From: an uncultured bacterium
GTDB taxonomy: Bacteria; Gemmatimonadota; Gemmatimonadetes; Gemmatimonadales; Gemmatimonadaceae
NCBI GenBank assembly: GCA_963978095.1
Contig: CAXBQP010000043.1
Location: 1 to 27,725, forward strand
Direction: 5' to 3'
DNA: 27,725 bases
The translations under genes and the position numbers were made by a program. Under the pieces are notes generated by a model, which ran no database searches, was not told where the DNA came from, and saw nothing but the letters and a program-made list of their open reading frames with translations. Within the stretch, counting starts at the first letter, position 1; each line of letters begins with the position of its first letter. This document shows positions 17,266 through 26,073 of this stretch, one piece after another.

Positions 17266-18234
17266 ATGGCAAACTCCACGACCGCTGTTCACGACGATCC
17301 GGCGCTCGTCGCCGCGTTCGAAGCCCGCATCGCCGCGGGCGAAAGCATCGAGCCCAAGGACTGGATGCCGGAGCGCTATCGCCGACAGCTGACCCGCATG
17401 ATGTCCCAGCACGCCCACTCGGAGATCGTGGGCATGCTTCCTGAAGGCAACTGGATCACGCGGGCCCCAAGCCTGCGCCGCAAACTGTCATTGATCGCCA
17501 AGGTACAGGACGAAGCCGGTCACGGGCTGTACATCTACTGCGGTACGGAAACCCTGGGCGTCGATCGCCACGACCTGGTGAATCAACTGCTCGACGGCAC
17601 CGCCAAGTATTCCAGCATCTTCAACTACCCCACCTTGAGCTTCGCCGACGTCGGCGTGATCGGATGGCTCGTGGACGGTGCCGCCATCGTGAACCAGACG
17701 ATCCTGGCCAAGACGTCGTACGGACCGTACGCGCGGGCGATGCTCCGGATCTGCAAGGAAGAGAACTTCCACAAGCGCCAGGGCTATGAACTCTGCGTGC
17801 ACCTGGCCAAGGGCACGCCGGCACAGCGGGCGATGGTCCAGGAGTCGATCAATCGCTTCTGGTGGCCCTCGCTCATGATGTTCGGCCCCAGCGACGCCAA
17901 CTCTCCCAACACGGGGGAACTCTTGCGCTGGAGGATCAAGCGCAAGACCAACGACGAACTCCGCCAGCGATTCGTGAACCTCACGGTGCCCCAGGTGCAG
18001 GCGATCGGCCTCACCCTGCCGGACCCGGAGCTGCGCTACGATGCCGACACGGGCAACTGGAACTTCGGGGAGATCGACTGGGCCGAGTTCCAGCAGGTGA
18101 TCAGCGGCAACGGACCGTGCAATCACGAGCGGCTCGCCGCCCGTCGCGCGGCGCACGAGGACGGCGCGTGGGTGCGCGCGGCCGCCGCGGCGTACGCCGC
18201 CAAGCAGGCGTCCAAGAGCACGGAGGCGGCATGA
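17266..18234 (+). CDS. paaA: Phenylacetyl-CoA epoxidase catalytic subunit A
   Basis: [55 protein letters not shown] and [10 protein letters not shown]. Confidence 0.97.
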   Translation: MANSTTAVHDDPALVAAFEARIAAGESIEPKDWMPERYRRQLTRMMSQHAHSEIVGMLPEGNWITRAPSLRRKLSLIAKVQDEAGHGLYIYCGTETLGVDRHDLVNQLLDGTAKYSSIFNYPTLSFADVGVIGWLVDGAAIVNQTILAKTSYGPYARAMLRICKEENFHKRQGYELCVHLAKGTPAQRAMVQESINRFWWPSLMMFGPSDANSPNTGELLRWRIKRKTNDELRQRFVNLTVPQVQAIGLTLPDPELRYDADTGNWNFGEIDWAEFQQVISGNGPCNHERLAARRAAHEDGAWVRAAAAAYAAKQASKSTEAA

Positions 18235-18521
18235 CCGCCGACTCGCAGTGGCCGCTGTGGGAAGTCTTCACGCAGGGGTCGAAAGGCGAACCGTTCGAGC
18301 ACGCCGGGAGCGTGCACGCTGCCGATGCCGAGAACGCCTTGCAGAACGCACGTGATGTGTACGCGCGTCGCGGGGAAGCGGTGAATCTCTGGGTGGTCCC
18401 GTCGGCGGCGATCGTCGCGTCGGCGCCCGGGGATGCCGGGCCGTTCTTCGATCCCGGGAACGACAAAGCGTACCGGCATCCGCAGTTCTACAAGATTCCG
18501 CGCGGCGTGGAGGTCTTTTGA
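18231..18521 (+). CDS. paaB: Phenylacetyl-CoA epoxidase subunit B
   Basis: [47 protein letters not shown] overlap with paaA. Confidence 0.95.
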   Translation: MTADSQWPLWEVFTQGSKGEPFEHAGSVHAADAENALQNARDVYARRGEAVNLWVVPSAAIVASAPGDAGPFFDPGNDKAYRHPQFYKIPRGVEVF

Positions 18522-19321
18522 CCCGCCCGCCCGTTGCGGGCGCCCGCACGAACGCCGCATCGCAGCCGCTGGTGGACTACGTCCTGCGGATCGCCGATGA
18601 CCGCCTGGTGCTCGGCCATCGGGTCTCCGCATGGTGCGGCCACGGGCCGATCCTCGAGGAGGACATCGCCCTTTCCAACATCGCGTTGGACCTGATCGGC
18701 GCAGCCGCCGCGTGGCTCGCGCTCGCCGGCACGCTCGAGGGAACGGGACGTGATGCCGATGCGCTCGCATTCTTCCGCGACGAAACCGCCTACCGGAACG
18801 CGCTGCTCGTGGAGCAGCCGAACGGCGACTTCGCGGCCACGATCGTCCGGCAGTTCCTGTTCGACGCGTACTCCGTGCTCCAGCTCGACGCGCTCTCGCG
18901 GTGCGGACATCCGGAGATCGCGGCGATCGCCGCCAAGTCGCTCAAGGAGGACAAGTACCACCTCCGCCACAGCAGCGACTGGATGCTGAAGCTCGGGGAC
19001 GGAACGCCCGAGAGCCATGCGCGCGCGCAGCGCGCACTCGACGCGCTCTGGCGCTACACCGACGAACTCTTCGTGTCCGATGCGGTGGACCTGGACACCC
19101 GTGCCCTCGGCGTTGCCATCGACCTGGACGCGATGCGCGCCCAGTGGGACCACATGGTGTCGGACGTCCTCGCCCGCGCCACATTGTCCCGTCCGACATC
19201 GCCGGCCCGTGCCTCGGGCGGACGTACGGGTCGGCACACGGAACACCTCGGGCACATGCTCGCCGACATGCAGATCGTCGCGCGCTCCCACCCGGGCGCC
19301 ACGTGGGAGCCCAAGGGGTGA
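18518..19321 (+). CDS. paaC: Phenylacetyl-CoA epoxidase structural subunit C
   Basis: LRIADDRLVLGHRVSAWCGHGPILEEDIAL, LVEQPNGDFA, AAKSLKEDKYH, LGDGTPESH and GRHTEHLGHML. Confidence 0.95.
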   Translation: MTRPPVAGARTNAASQPLVDYVLRIADDRLVLGHRVSAWCGHGPILEEDIALSNIALDLIGAAAAWLALAGTLEGTGRDADALAFFRDETAYRNALLVEQPNGDFAATIVRQFLFDAYSVLQLDALSRCGHPEIAAIAAKSLKEDKYHLRHSSDWMLKLGDGTPESHARAQRALDALWRYTDELFVSDAVDLDTRALGVAIDLDAMRAQWDHMVSDVLARATLSRPTSPARASGGRTGRHTEHLGHMLADMQIVARSHPGATWEPKG

Positions 19322-19806
19322 TCACCCCCGATGCGGTCTACGGGATCCTCGGCACGGTGATGGACCCCGAGATCCCCGTCATCAGCGTCGTGGACCTGGG
19401 CATCGTGCGCCAGGTCACGGTGAACGGCGCCCAGGTGGCCATCACCATCACGCCGACCTACAGCGGCTGTCCAGCGATGCGCGAGATGCAGCGCGACATG
19501 TCGGTCGCCTTGGGTGAACACGGCATCAACGACGTCGCGTTCTCGACCGTGTTCGCCCCGGCGTGGACCACCGATTGGATCAGCGCCGAGGCCCGCGAAA
19601 AACTCCGCGAGTTCGGGATCGCGCCGCCAGGACCCGCCGAACGCGATGGTCTGATCACCCTCGCCCGCGCGCGCGCGGCGGTGCCGTGCCCGTACTGTGG
19701 CGCCTCGGATACGCAGCTCAAGAGCGAGTTCGGCAGCACGGCGTGCAAAGCTATCCACGTCTGCAACAGCTGCAAGCAGCCGTTCGACGAGTTCAAGGCG
19801 CTGTGA
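19318..19806 (+). CDS. paaD: Phenylacetyl-CoA epoxidase subunit D (SufT-like plus Zn ribbon)
   Basis: VMDPEIPVISVVDLGIVR, TPTYSGCPA, PAWTTDWIS and CPYC..FGSTACKA..CNSCKQPFDEFK; GTGA overlap. Confidence 0.93.
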   Translation: MITPDAVYGILGTVMDPEIPVISVVDLGIVRQVTVNGAQVAITITPTYSGCPAMREMQRDMSVALGEHGINDVAFSTVFAPAWTTDWISAEAREKLREFGIAPPGPAERDGLITLARARAAVPCPYCGASDTQLKSEFGSTACKAIHVCNSCKQPFDEFKAL

Positions 19807-21077
19807 CGCCATCCTCGGTCGGGTCCAGGCGCGGGCCGTTCGCATGGTGGGGAGAAGGGACTCCCGCGGCGCGGCGCGCGCTGGTCGCCGCGGGACTCGG
19901 CTGGGCGCTCGACGCCTTCGACGTCATGCTCTACTCGCTCGTGCTGGCCAGCGTGATCGGCGACTTGCATCTCACCAAGCCGGAAGCTGGCATGCTCGGC
20001 TCGGTGGCCCTGCTCGCGGCCGCTGGCGGCGGAATCGTATTCGGCCTGATCGCGGATCGGTTCGGCCGAACGAAGGCGTTGATGGGGAGCGTGCTCATTT
20101 ATTCCGTGGCAACAGCGCTCTGTGGCACCGCCACCAACTTGTGGCAGTTCGCCGCGTTCCGGATCCTGCTCGGGCTCGGCATGGGGGGCGAGTGGGCGAG
20201 TGGTGCCGCGCTCGTCAGCGAGACCTGGCCCGTGCAGCATCGTGGCAAGGCGTTGGGGCTGATGCAGAGCGCGTGGGCGATCGGGTACGGCGCTGCAGCG
20301 CTGGTGGTGAAGCTCGTCCTTCCCACGTACGGTTGGCGCGCCGTGTTCTTCGTCGGGATCGTGCCGGCGCTGCTCGTGCTGTGGGTGCGGCGCAACGTCG
20401 AGGAGCCGGAGCTCTGGCGCGCGCGTGTCGGCCAGCGTGATGCCGAGCGTCACGCGGCCGGCGGGCGCTCCGCCTTCGTCGAGATCTTCAGCGGTCCGAT
20501 CGCCCGCACCACGATCGCGGTGACGTTGATGAACGCCTGCACGCTCTTCGGGTGGTGGGGACTGAACTCCTGGATTCCGGCGTATCTCTCGTTGCCCGCC
20601 GCGCAGGGGGGGATCGGCCTCAGCACCGGCACCATGTCGAACCTCGTGCTGACGATGCAGGTCGGGATGTGGCTCGGGTATGTGACCTTCGGCTACATCG
20701 GCGATGCGATCGGCCGGAAGCGTGCCTACGTCCTGTATCTGCTGTGCGCGAGCGTGTTGCTCCCCACGTACGGCGCGCTGCACCATCCGTCGGTGCTGCT
20801 CGCGTTGGGACCGCTCGTCGCCTTCTTCGGCACGGGGTACTACAGCGGATTCGGAGCGGTGACGGCGGAGCTGTACCCCACCCGCTACCGCGCGACCGCG
20901 CAGGGATTCACCTACAATCTCGGACGCATCGCCAGCGCCGCCGCCCCCTTCACGGTCGGGTCGCTCGCAGCGACCCAGGGCTTTGCGATCGCCTTCGCGA
21001 TCACCGGGGCGGCGTTCCTGCTGGCGTCCCTGGCGTGGATCTGGATTCCGGAGACGCAGGGGCGGGCACTGGCCTAG
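19803..21077 (+). CDS. MFS transporter (aromatic-acid/sialate:H+ symporter-like)
   Basis: GWALDAFD, motif A ADRFGRTKAL, GLGMGGEW..SETWP..RGKALGLMQS, second repeat GDAIGRKR, about 12 hydrophobic segments. GTG 19803 overlaps the paaD stop. Confidence 0.9.
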   Translation: MTPSSVGSRRGPFAWWGEGTPAARRALVAAGLGWALDAFDVMLYSLVLASVIGDLHLTKPEAGMLGSVALLAAAGGGIVFGLIADRFGRTKALMGSVLIYSVATALCGTATNLWQFAAFRILLGLGMGGEWASGAALVSETWPVQHRGKALGLMQSAWAIGYGAAALVVKLVLPTYGWRAVFFVGIVPALLVLWVRRNVEEPELWRARVGQRDAERHAAGGRSAFVEIFSGPIARTTIAVTLMNACTLFGWWGLNSWIPAYLSLPAAQGGIGLSTGTMSNLVLTMQVGMWLGYVTFGYIGDAIGRKRAYVLYLLCASVLLPTYGALHHPSVLLALGPLVAFFGTGYYSGFGAVTAELYPTRYRATAQGFTYNLGRIASAAAPFTVGSLAATQGFAIAFAITGAAFLLASLAWIWIPETQGRALA

Positions 21078-21093
21078 GCGCCCGCGCCGCGCC

Positions 21094-21579
21094 TCAGCGC
21101 GCGGCGAACTGGGTGTGCCACGCGGCGATCTGCGGGTGGTGTGCGGACCAGGCCGCCCACGCCGATTCGGCCCAATCGCGCGCGGCCGCGGTGATCCGCT
21201 CGCGCGGACCGTTCGTGGGCACGTCGAGCACGGTTCGCGCCCCCCTCGTATTCGGCGGGGCGAGCCAGACGAAGGCGCCTTTGTGTCCCGAGAACCTCGG
21301 AACGCCGGGGGGATGGCCGAGCACGAAATACTCGTACATGTTGAGCAGGTGGACCGCGACCGACCGGATGGCTTGTGGTCCCGGCGTCCCCGGATGCTGC
21401 ACGGCGAAGGCATCGACGGCATACGGTCGGGCCTCGAACAGCGCCGGATCGACCGCCATGATGCCGATCAGCTCGCCGTAGCGCTCCCAACACGCGGGCG
21501 TTGACACCATGTAGCGATGGCTGAGGCCCTCCAACTGCGGGAAGATGCCACCGCATCCCACGCAGCGTTCCGTGGTCAC
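21094..21579 (-). CDS. DUF5946-like conserved hypothetical protein
   Basis: CVGCGG..HRYMVSTPACWERYGEL..VDAFAVQHPG..QAIRSVAVHL. GTG 21579 overlaps the upstream stop. Confidence 0.65.
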   Translation of the reverse strand: MTTERCVGCGGIFPQLEGLSHRYMVSTPACWERYGELIGIMAVDPALFEARPYAVDAFAVQHPGTPGPQAIRSVAVHLLNMYEYFVLGHPPGVPRFSGHKGAFVWLAPPNTRGARTVLDVPTNGPRERITAAARDWAESAWAAWSAHHPQIAAWHTQFAAR

Positions 21580-22043
21580 GGGGCGCGCGTGTACTGGAAG
21601 ACGCCGTCGGGCTGTGTGACGGTGAGTTTGGTGCCGCTCCACACCGCCGGCAGCACCGCGCCGACGACCGGCGTCAACGTGACGCTCGAACTCCCGTTCG
21701 TGGTCGTCCAGTTGCCGGAGGTCCGGTCCACGTACAACGTGCTGCTCCCCGCGAAGGTTTCGGTGCTGCTGGTCGCGATGTCGAAGTGTCGCGACGTGGC
21801 CAGCGACAAAGTCCCTCCGGTCACGACCACACTGTAGCCGGTGTCCGAGTACATCGTGTAGGGCAACGATTTTCCGCCGATGCTCGTCAGGGTGTAGTTG
21901 CCGTCGGGCGTCGTTGGGGCGGCGGGGGCCGTGGCGCCCCCTCCCGAGCACGCGGTGCACAGCGCGATAGCCACCACCGCGACCCAGGACCACAGCGCCG
22001 GACTTGCGCCCCGCCGGGGGAGCGGCGCACACTTCGTTCCCAT
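21576..22043 (-). CDS. Small beta-rich (lipocalin-like) putative lipoprotein; start uncertain
   Basis: Lipobox-like IALCTAC, then GNYTLTSIGGKSLP..GTLSL..SGNWT..GTKLTVT..VFQYTR. Confidence 0.6.
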   Translation of the reverse strand: MGTKCAPLPRRGASPALWSWVAVVAIALCTACSGGGATAPAAPTTPDGNYTLTSIGGKSLPYTMYSDTGYSVVVTGGTLSLATSRHFDIATSSTETFAGSSTLYVDRTSGNWTTTNGSSSVTLTPVVGAVLPAVWSGTKLTVTQPDGVFQYTRAP

Positions 22044-22430
22044 ATGCACGCGTACCGAATCCCCTCGCGCGTTCTCCTGATCCTCTGTGCCGTGCTCGCC
22101 GCGTGCAGCAAGAGCGAGAGCCCGACCGCGTCCTCGGGATCGAACTCCAACTCGACTCCTACCGGGACCACCGTCACCACGTTCGACGTCTACACCCCCG
22201 GCAACACCTTCAGTCCCTTCTCGCTGCGGGTGTCGCGCGGGAGCACGGTGCGGTTCAACATCTTCGGCGACAGCCATAACGTGATCTTCGACCATGCGAC
22301 GTCCGGTGCGCCGACCGATATCGTCGTCGTGAAAGACGTGGTCGTGTCCCGGCAGTTTTCCGCGACCGGCACCTTCAGCTACGTCTGCACGGTACATCCC
22401 GGCATGACCGGCGAGATCGTCGTCATCTAG
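22044..22430 (+). CDS. Cupredoxin (plastocyanin/azurin-family) lipoprotein
   Basis: Lipobox VLAAC, Ser/Thr linker, FSPFSLRVSRGSTVRF, HNV and type-1 Cu ligand loop YVCTVHPGMTGEIVV. Confidence 0.85.
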   Translation: MHAYRIPSRVLLILCAVLAACSKSESPTASSGSNSNSTPTGTTVTTFDVYTPGNTFSPFSLRVSRGSTVRFNIFGDSHNVIFDHATSGAPTDIVVVKDVVVSRQFSATGTFSYVCTVHPGMTGEIVVI

Positions 22431-22505
22431 CACGCGGTGGGGCGCCCTTCGGCCGCGCGTGGCCGGCAGTCTGGGCATCACGGCCTGCGCTACCGTCACG
22501 ACGCG

Positions 22506-23816
22506 CTACCGCGTCACGCCGCGGAACGTCGGCGTCCAGGTCGGGAAGATGTAGTCGAGGTTGGTATTCCCGAGCCGCTTCTGCACGATTTCGGCGAGCA
22601 CGTCCCGGTAGTCCAGTGTCACCTTGAGGTCCTGTCCGTTCTCCAGGTTCGCGGCGGCGAGCCCGGGCCATCCGTTGGTGACCACCCGTCCGCCGGCGAT
22701 CCCTTTTCCGATGGCGAGCATCGCGCTCGCGCGGCCATGGTCGGTCCCGGCGCTCCCGTTCTCCTTGGCGTTGCGGCCGAACTCGGACATCGAGATCACC
22801 GTCACGCCGATCATCGCGGGCGCGATGACGTCGGCATGGAACGCGCCGAGCGCGTTGGCGAAGTCGCGCATCGTGACGGACATCGATCCGGCGACCGGGT
22901 CCTGCGCCGAGTGCGTGTCCCACCCGCCAACGTCGACCTGCGCCGCTTCGAGCCCGATATCCGCCTTGATCAGCACGGCCACGGCCTTGAGCGCATTGCC
23001 GAAACTGCTGGTGGGATACACGGCGCCGTTCGCGGGCACATAGCCGCTGAAGTTGACCGACTTGAGCAGATTCAGCGTGTTGACGGCGTCGAGCGCCGAA
23101 CTGCGCAACGGTTCGTCCGCAACGGCGTAGTCGGATTGCAGGGCGGCGACGCGCGCGGCCTGCGTGGTGGTCGAACCGCCGATCGAGAAGGTCGACGGGC
23201 TCGAGATCGGCAACGTCTTCGGTCCGCCCACGAGCGTCTTCTGCAAGCCGGCGGAGATGCCGATGCCGCGCAGGGGAGCGGCGGGATTGATCGGCGGCGC
23301 GCTCGCCAAATGGCGGCCGAGCCACCCGGTGACCAGCGACGGGTCGGCGGGTTTCCCGACTTCCATGTAGCGCTGGGCGTCGAAGTGGGAGCGCGAGTTG
23401 TTGGTCTGTCCGATGGCGTGCAAGACCAGCAGGTCGGCATTGAGGTATGCCGGCACGAGCGCGGCCATCGCCTGCGGGAACGCGAAGAAGTTGTCGAGCG
23501 CGATGCCGCGCGTCGCGGGAGTCGTGGCGTCGGGGCGGGGGATCGCAATCGTCGGGCGGAGCGTGTAGTAGTTCGGATCGCCGAACGGCACGCACACCGA
23601 CATGCCGTCCGCCCCGCCGCGCTGGAAGACCGACACCATGACGTCGCGGGTCGACACATACGTGGAGGCGAGCACCACCTTGGGCAGCCAGGCGGGATGC
23701 AAGGCGGCGGCCGCGAACGCCGTACCGGCGCCGCCCACGAACTGTCGTCGCGACAGCGCGCGGTATTCCTCGCAGCCCGTGGTGTCCTGCAACTCCGGTT
23801 CCGGGGGGATGCTCAT
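22506..23816 (-). CDS. DUF1501 family protein, Tat-exported
   Basis: Tat motif SRRQFV; VFQRGGADG, SRSHFDAQ, TGWLGR, GGWDTH, MSEFGR, GTDHG and DLKVTLDYRDVLAE. Confidence 0.9.
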   Translation of the reverse strand: MSIPPEPELQDTTGCEEYRALSRRQFVGGAGTAFAAAALHPAWLPKVVLASTYVSTRDVMVSVFQRGGADGMSVCVPFGDPNYYTLRPTIAIPRPDATTPATRGIALDNFFAFPQAMAALVPAYLNADLLVLHAIGQTNNSRSHFDAQRYMEVGKPADPSLVTGWLGRHLASAPPINPAAPLRGIGISAGLQKTLVGGPKTLPISSPSTFSIGGSTTTQAARVAALQSDYAVADEPLRSSALDAVNTLNLLKSVNFSGYVPANGAVYPTSSFGNALKAVAVLIKADIGLEAAQVDVGGWDTHSAQDPVAGSMSVTMRDFANALGAFHADVIAPAMIGVTVISMSEFGRNAKENGSAGTDHGRASAMLAIGKGIAGGRVVTNGWPGLAAANLENGQDLKVTLDYRDVLAEIVQKRLGNTNLDYIFPTWTPTFRGVTR

Positions 23817-23817
23817 C

Positions 23818-25374
23818 TCAGTACCACTGAAAGGCCTGCGCGCTCAACGCGAGCGACATCGTCTCGCGGACGCGGAGGTCGTTGAAGGTCCCGCCCTTGA
23901 TGTACGTCAGCAGATTCGTCCGGAGCGCAGCCGATACCTCGCCGCCGTAGAACTCGTTGATGATGCGGTCCACCGCCGCGTCCGCGGTGCCGGTGAGGTA
24001 GGGCGCGGTGTCGACCTTCACGGTGGTGGTGGAGTTGGAGCTCGCCAGCGACACGGAAAAACTCCACCGCGGCAGGATATTGCCGGACCAGTACTCCACC
24101 TTGTCCGGATACCCGTCCGGCGTCTCATAGACGAAGAGCGGCTGGCCGATCCCACCCAGCTGGCCGTTGAGCGTCGTCGCCGAGACCACCTGCGCGGAGG
24201 TCGCGCGCAGGGCCGACACCATGAAGTGAAAGGGACGCTTGAACTTGGCCGGTGCCGCCGCGAGCCAACTCTCGTTCAGGATGGCCCGCACCACGAGCTT
24301 GATGTCCCCCTGCGTGGCGCGGAACACCCGCGCGACGGCCGTGATCTGCGCTGTGGTCGGCTCGGCCTGCAACAGCCACCGGAGCAGCTTGGTGCTGATG
24401 AACGTCGCGGTGTTGGGGTGCGCGGCGAGATAATCGATGAAACGCTCGCCCTCTGCCTGCGTCCCGTTCGCATCCGCCGCGAAGACCTGCCCCATGATCA
24501 CCTTCTGGGCGGTGTCGTGGAGCGTCGGGTTGAAATAGAACGTCCCGGTCCCCGTGGTGGTCCATCCGGTGAGGAGTCGCGACAACTCGGCGACATCGGT
24601 CTGCGTGTATCCGTTGTCGACGCCGAGGGTGTGCAACTCCATCAACTCGCGGGCGTAGTTCTGGTTGGGCGCTCCCTTTCGGCTCTGCGTTTGATCCAGG
24701 TACGAGAGCATCGCCGGGCTGTGCGCCGTCGCCTGCAGCAAGTCACGGAAGCGGCCCAGGGCGTTTGCCCGGATCACGTCGCGGTCGTCGGCGACCTTCA
24801 GATAGCCGACCTTGCCGATCGAGATGTTGAAGTGATCGCTCCAGAACTCCACCATGCGCTCGAACAGTTGCCGCTGCGAGAACGCTGCCCGGTACAGCGT
24901 CGCTTCCTGCAGCTGCGCCTGCACCGTGGAGGACGTCGTGGCAAAGAGGACGTCGTTGGTGGCGCGCAGCAGCGGCCACCGCGCCGCGATCACGGCATCG
25001 ACGTCCGTATCGTCGATTGTCGAGGGATGCAGCTGCTGATTCAAGTATTCCTGATAACCGAGCACGCTCACGCGCATCATCTCGGTGGCGGAGATCCCCA
25101 TGGTGATGCGACGCACGAGACGCGCATTGTTGTTCACCCAGGCGGGCAGCGCCGCCACCGACTCGTTGACCAATCGTGAGGGAAACTGCGCGGTCGGCGT
25201 GACCTGGTTCGGGTCACGGGGCACCGGGGCGCGCGGTGTCGGCAGCTTCTTCGGCGGCGGCGGATGCCAAATGCCGACCGCCTGCGCCTTGACGGCCCGC
25301 GGGAGCGCGGCGAGCCCCGCCAGCGCGCCGAGCAGGAAACCTCGCCGCGAGGCGCCGTCGCCCGAGGGGGACAT
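23818..25374 (-). CDS. DUF1800 family protein, Tat-exported
   Basis: Start ATG 25374 with Tat motif SRRGFLL..AVKA-Q; QLFERMVEFWSDHFN, SPAMLSYLD, PNQNYARELMELHTLG, HPNTATFISTKL and GQPLF..PDGYP. Confidence 0.9.
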   Translation of the reverse strand: MSPSGDGASRRGFLLGALAGLAALPRAVKAQAVGIWHPPPPKKLPTPRAPVPRDPNQVTPTAQFPSRLVNESVAALPAWVNNNARLVRRITMGISATEMMRVSVLGYQEYLNQQLHPSTIDDTDVDAVIAARWPLLRATNDVLFATTSSTVQAQLQEATLYRAAFSQRQLFERMVEFWSDHFNISIGKVGYLKVADDRDVIRANALGRFRDLLQATAHSPAMLSYLDQTQSRKGAPNQNYARELMELHTLGVDNGYTQTDVAELSRLLTGWTTTGTGTFYFNPTLHDTAQKVIMGQVFAADANGTQAEGERFIDYLAAHPNTATFISTKLLRWLLQAEPTTAQITAVARVFRATQGDIKLVVRAILNESWLAAAPAKFKRPFHFMVSALRATSAQVVSATTLNGQLGGIGQPLFVYETPDGYPDKVEYWSGNILPRWSFSVSLASSNSTTTVKVDTAPYLTGTADAAVDRIINEFYGGEVSAALRTNLLTYIKGGTFNDLRVRETMSLALSAQAFQWY

Positions 25375-26012
25375 CAGAGGGCGATGTTCAACAGGGCCAA
25401 TCCCATCCCGATCCCGCCGAGCCACGTGGCGGTCTGGAGGGCACGATACTTGGCAACGTTGATGCCAGCCAAGTCGTAGATGCCGCGAAGCAACATGCGA
25501 TTGCTCTCCTCGTCGCTGATGGACTCCATGGCCGTGGTCCATGCTTCAACGGAAGCATGCTTCCGGATGGCCTCCCAGTAGATCGCCCCCTTGGGCACAT
25601 TGCGTCCGACGCGCGGGACGATCACCCAGAGGGCGGTGAATCCGCCCGCCGCCAGGAAGACGATGGCGAGTTCACCACACGCCCCGCCGATGGTCCAGTT
25701 GGCCAAGGGAGATGAACGGATGCTGCTGAGGCCGCGCGTCTTCTCGAGGAAACTCGCGAACGCATTCGCCCCGAAGACGATGAATGTGGCCTTGCGGTCG
25801 GCGAACTCGATCGACCGACGTTGGTAGTCGTGGACGATCTTGTAGAGATCGCCCTTTCGGGACTTGTCCCCTTTGTCCTTCTTCCCCTTCTTCTCCTCCG
25901 CCGCCACAGCGCCGACGACGGCGGCGTCGATCTGCGCCAAGACCTCGGGATCCGCGACAGCATCGGACAGCGACGACAACGGAGTGGACACGAAGGCTCT
26001 CGGTTCGGGCAT
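25374..26012 (-). CDS. Pycsar effector (PycTM/DUF5706)-like membrane protein, 212 aa
   Basis: The real gene is the 3' part of ORF 25374..27038, starting at ATG 26012. It shows IEFADRKA + TM, a second TM ending in PR, GAIYWEAI, IYDLAGINVAKYRAL and a C-terminal TM. This is the characteristic PycTM motif order. Confidence 0.75.
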   Translation of the reverse strand: MPEPRAFVSTPLSSLSDAVADPEVLAQIDAAVVGAVAAEEKKGKKDKGDKSRKGDLYKIVHDYQRRSIEFADRKATFIVFGANAFASFLEKTRGLSSIRSSPLANWTIGGACGELAIVFLAAGGFTALWVIVPRVGRNVPKGAIYWEAIRKHASVEAWTTAMESISDEESNRMLLRGIYDLAGINVAKYRALQTATWLGGIGMGLALLNIAL

Positions 26013-26066
26013 GGCGCAGGAGGATCTCGTGCGCTGGACACGTGACCCTCCCGGGGGCGTACCGGA

Positions 26067-26073
26067 TATGATA
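26067..26073. promoter_or_regulatory. Overlapping bidirectional -10 elements (pirin / PycTM-like gene)
   Basis: TATGATA reads TATGAT on + (26067-26072) and TATCAT on - (26068-26073), within the 93-bp divergent gap. Confidence 0.45.

Noticed and set aside
19458..21422. 654-aa minus-strand ORF
   Set aside because: Shadow of paaD and the MFS gene; no recognisable domain.
22437..25179. 482-aa and 525-aa plus-strand ORFs
   Set aside because: Antisense shadows of DUF1501 and DUF1800.
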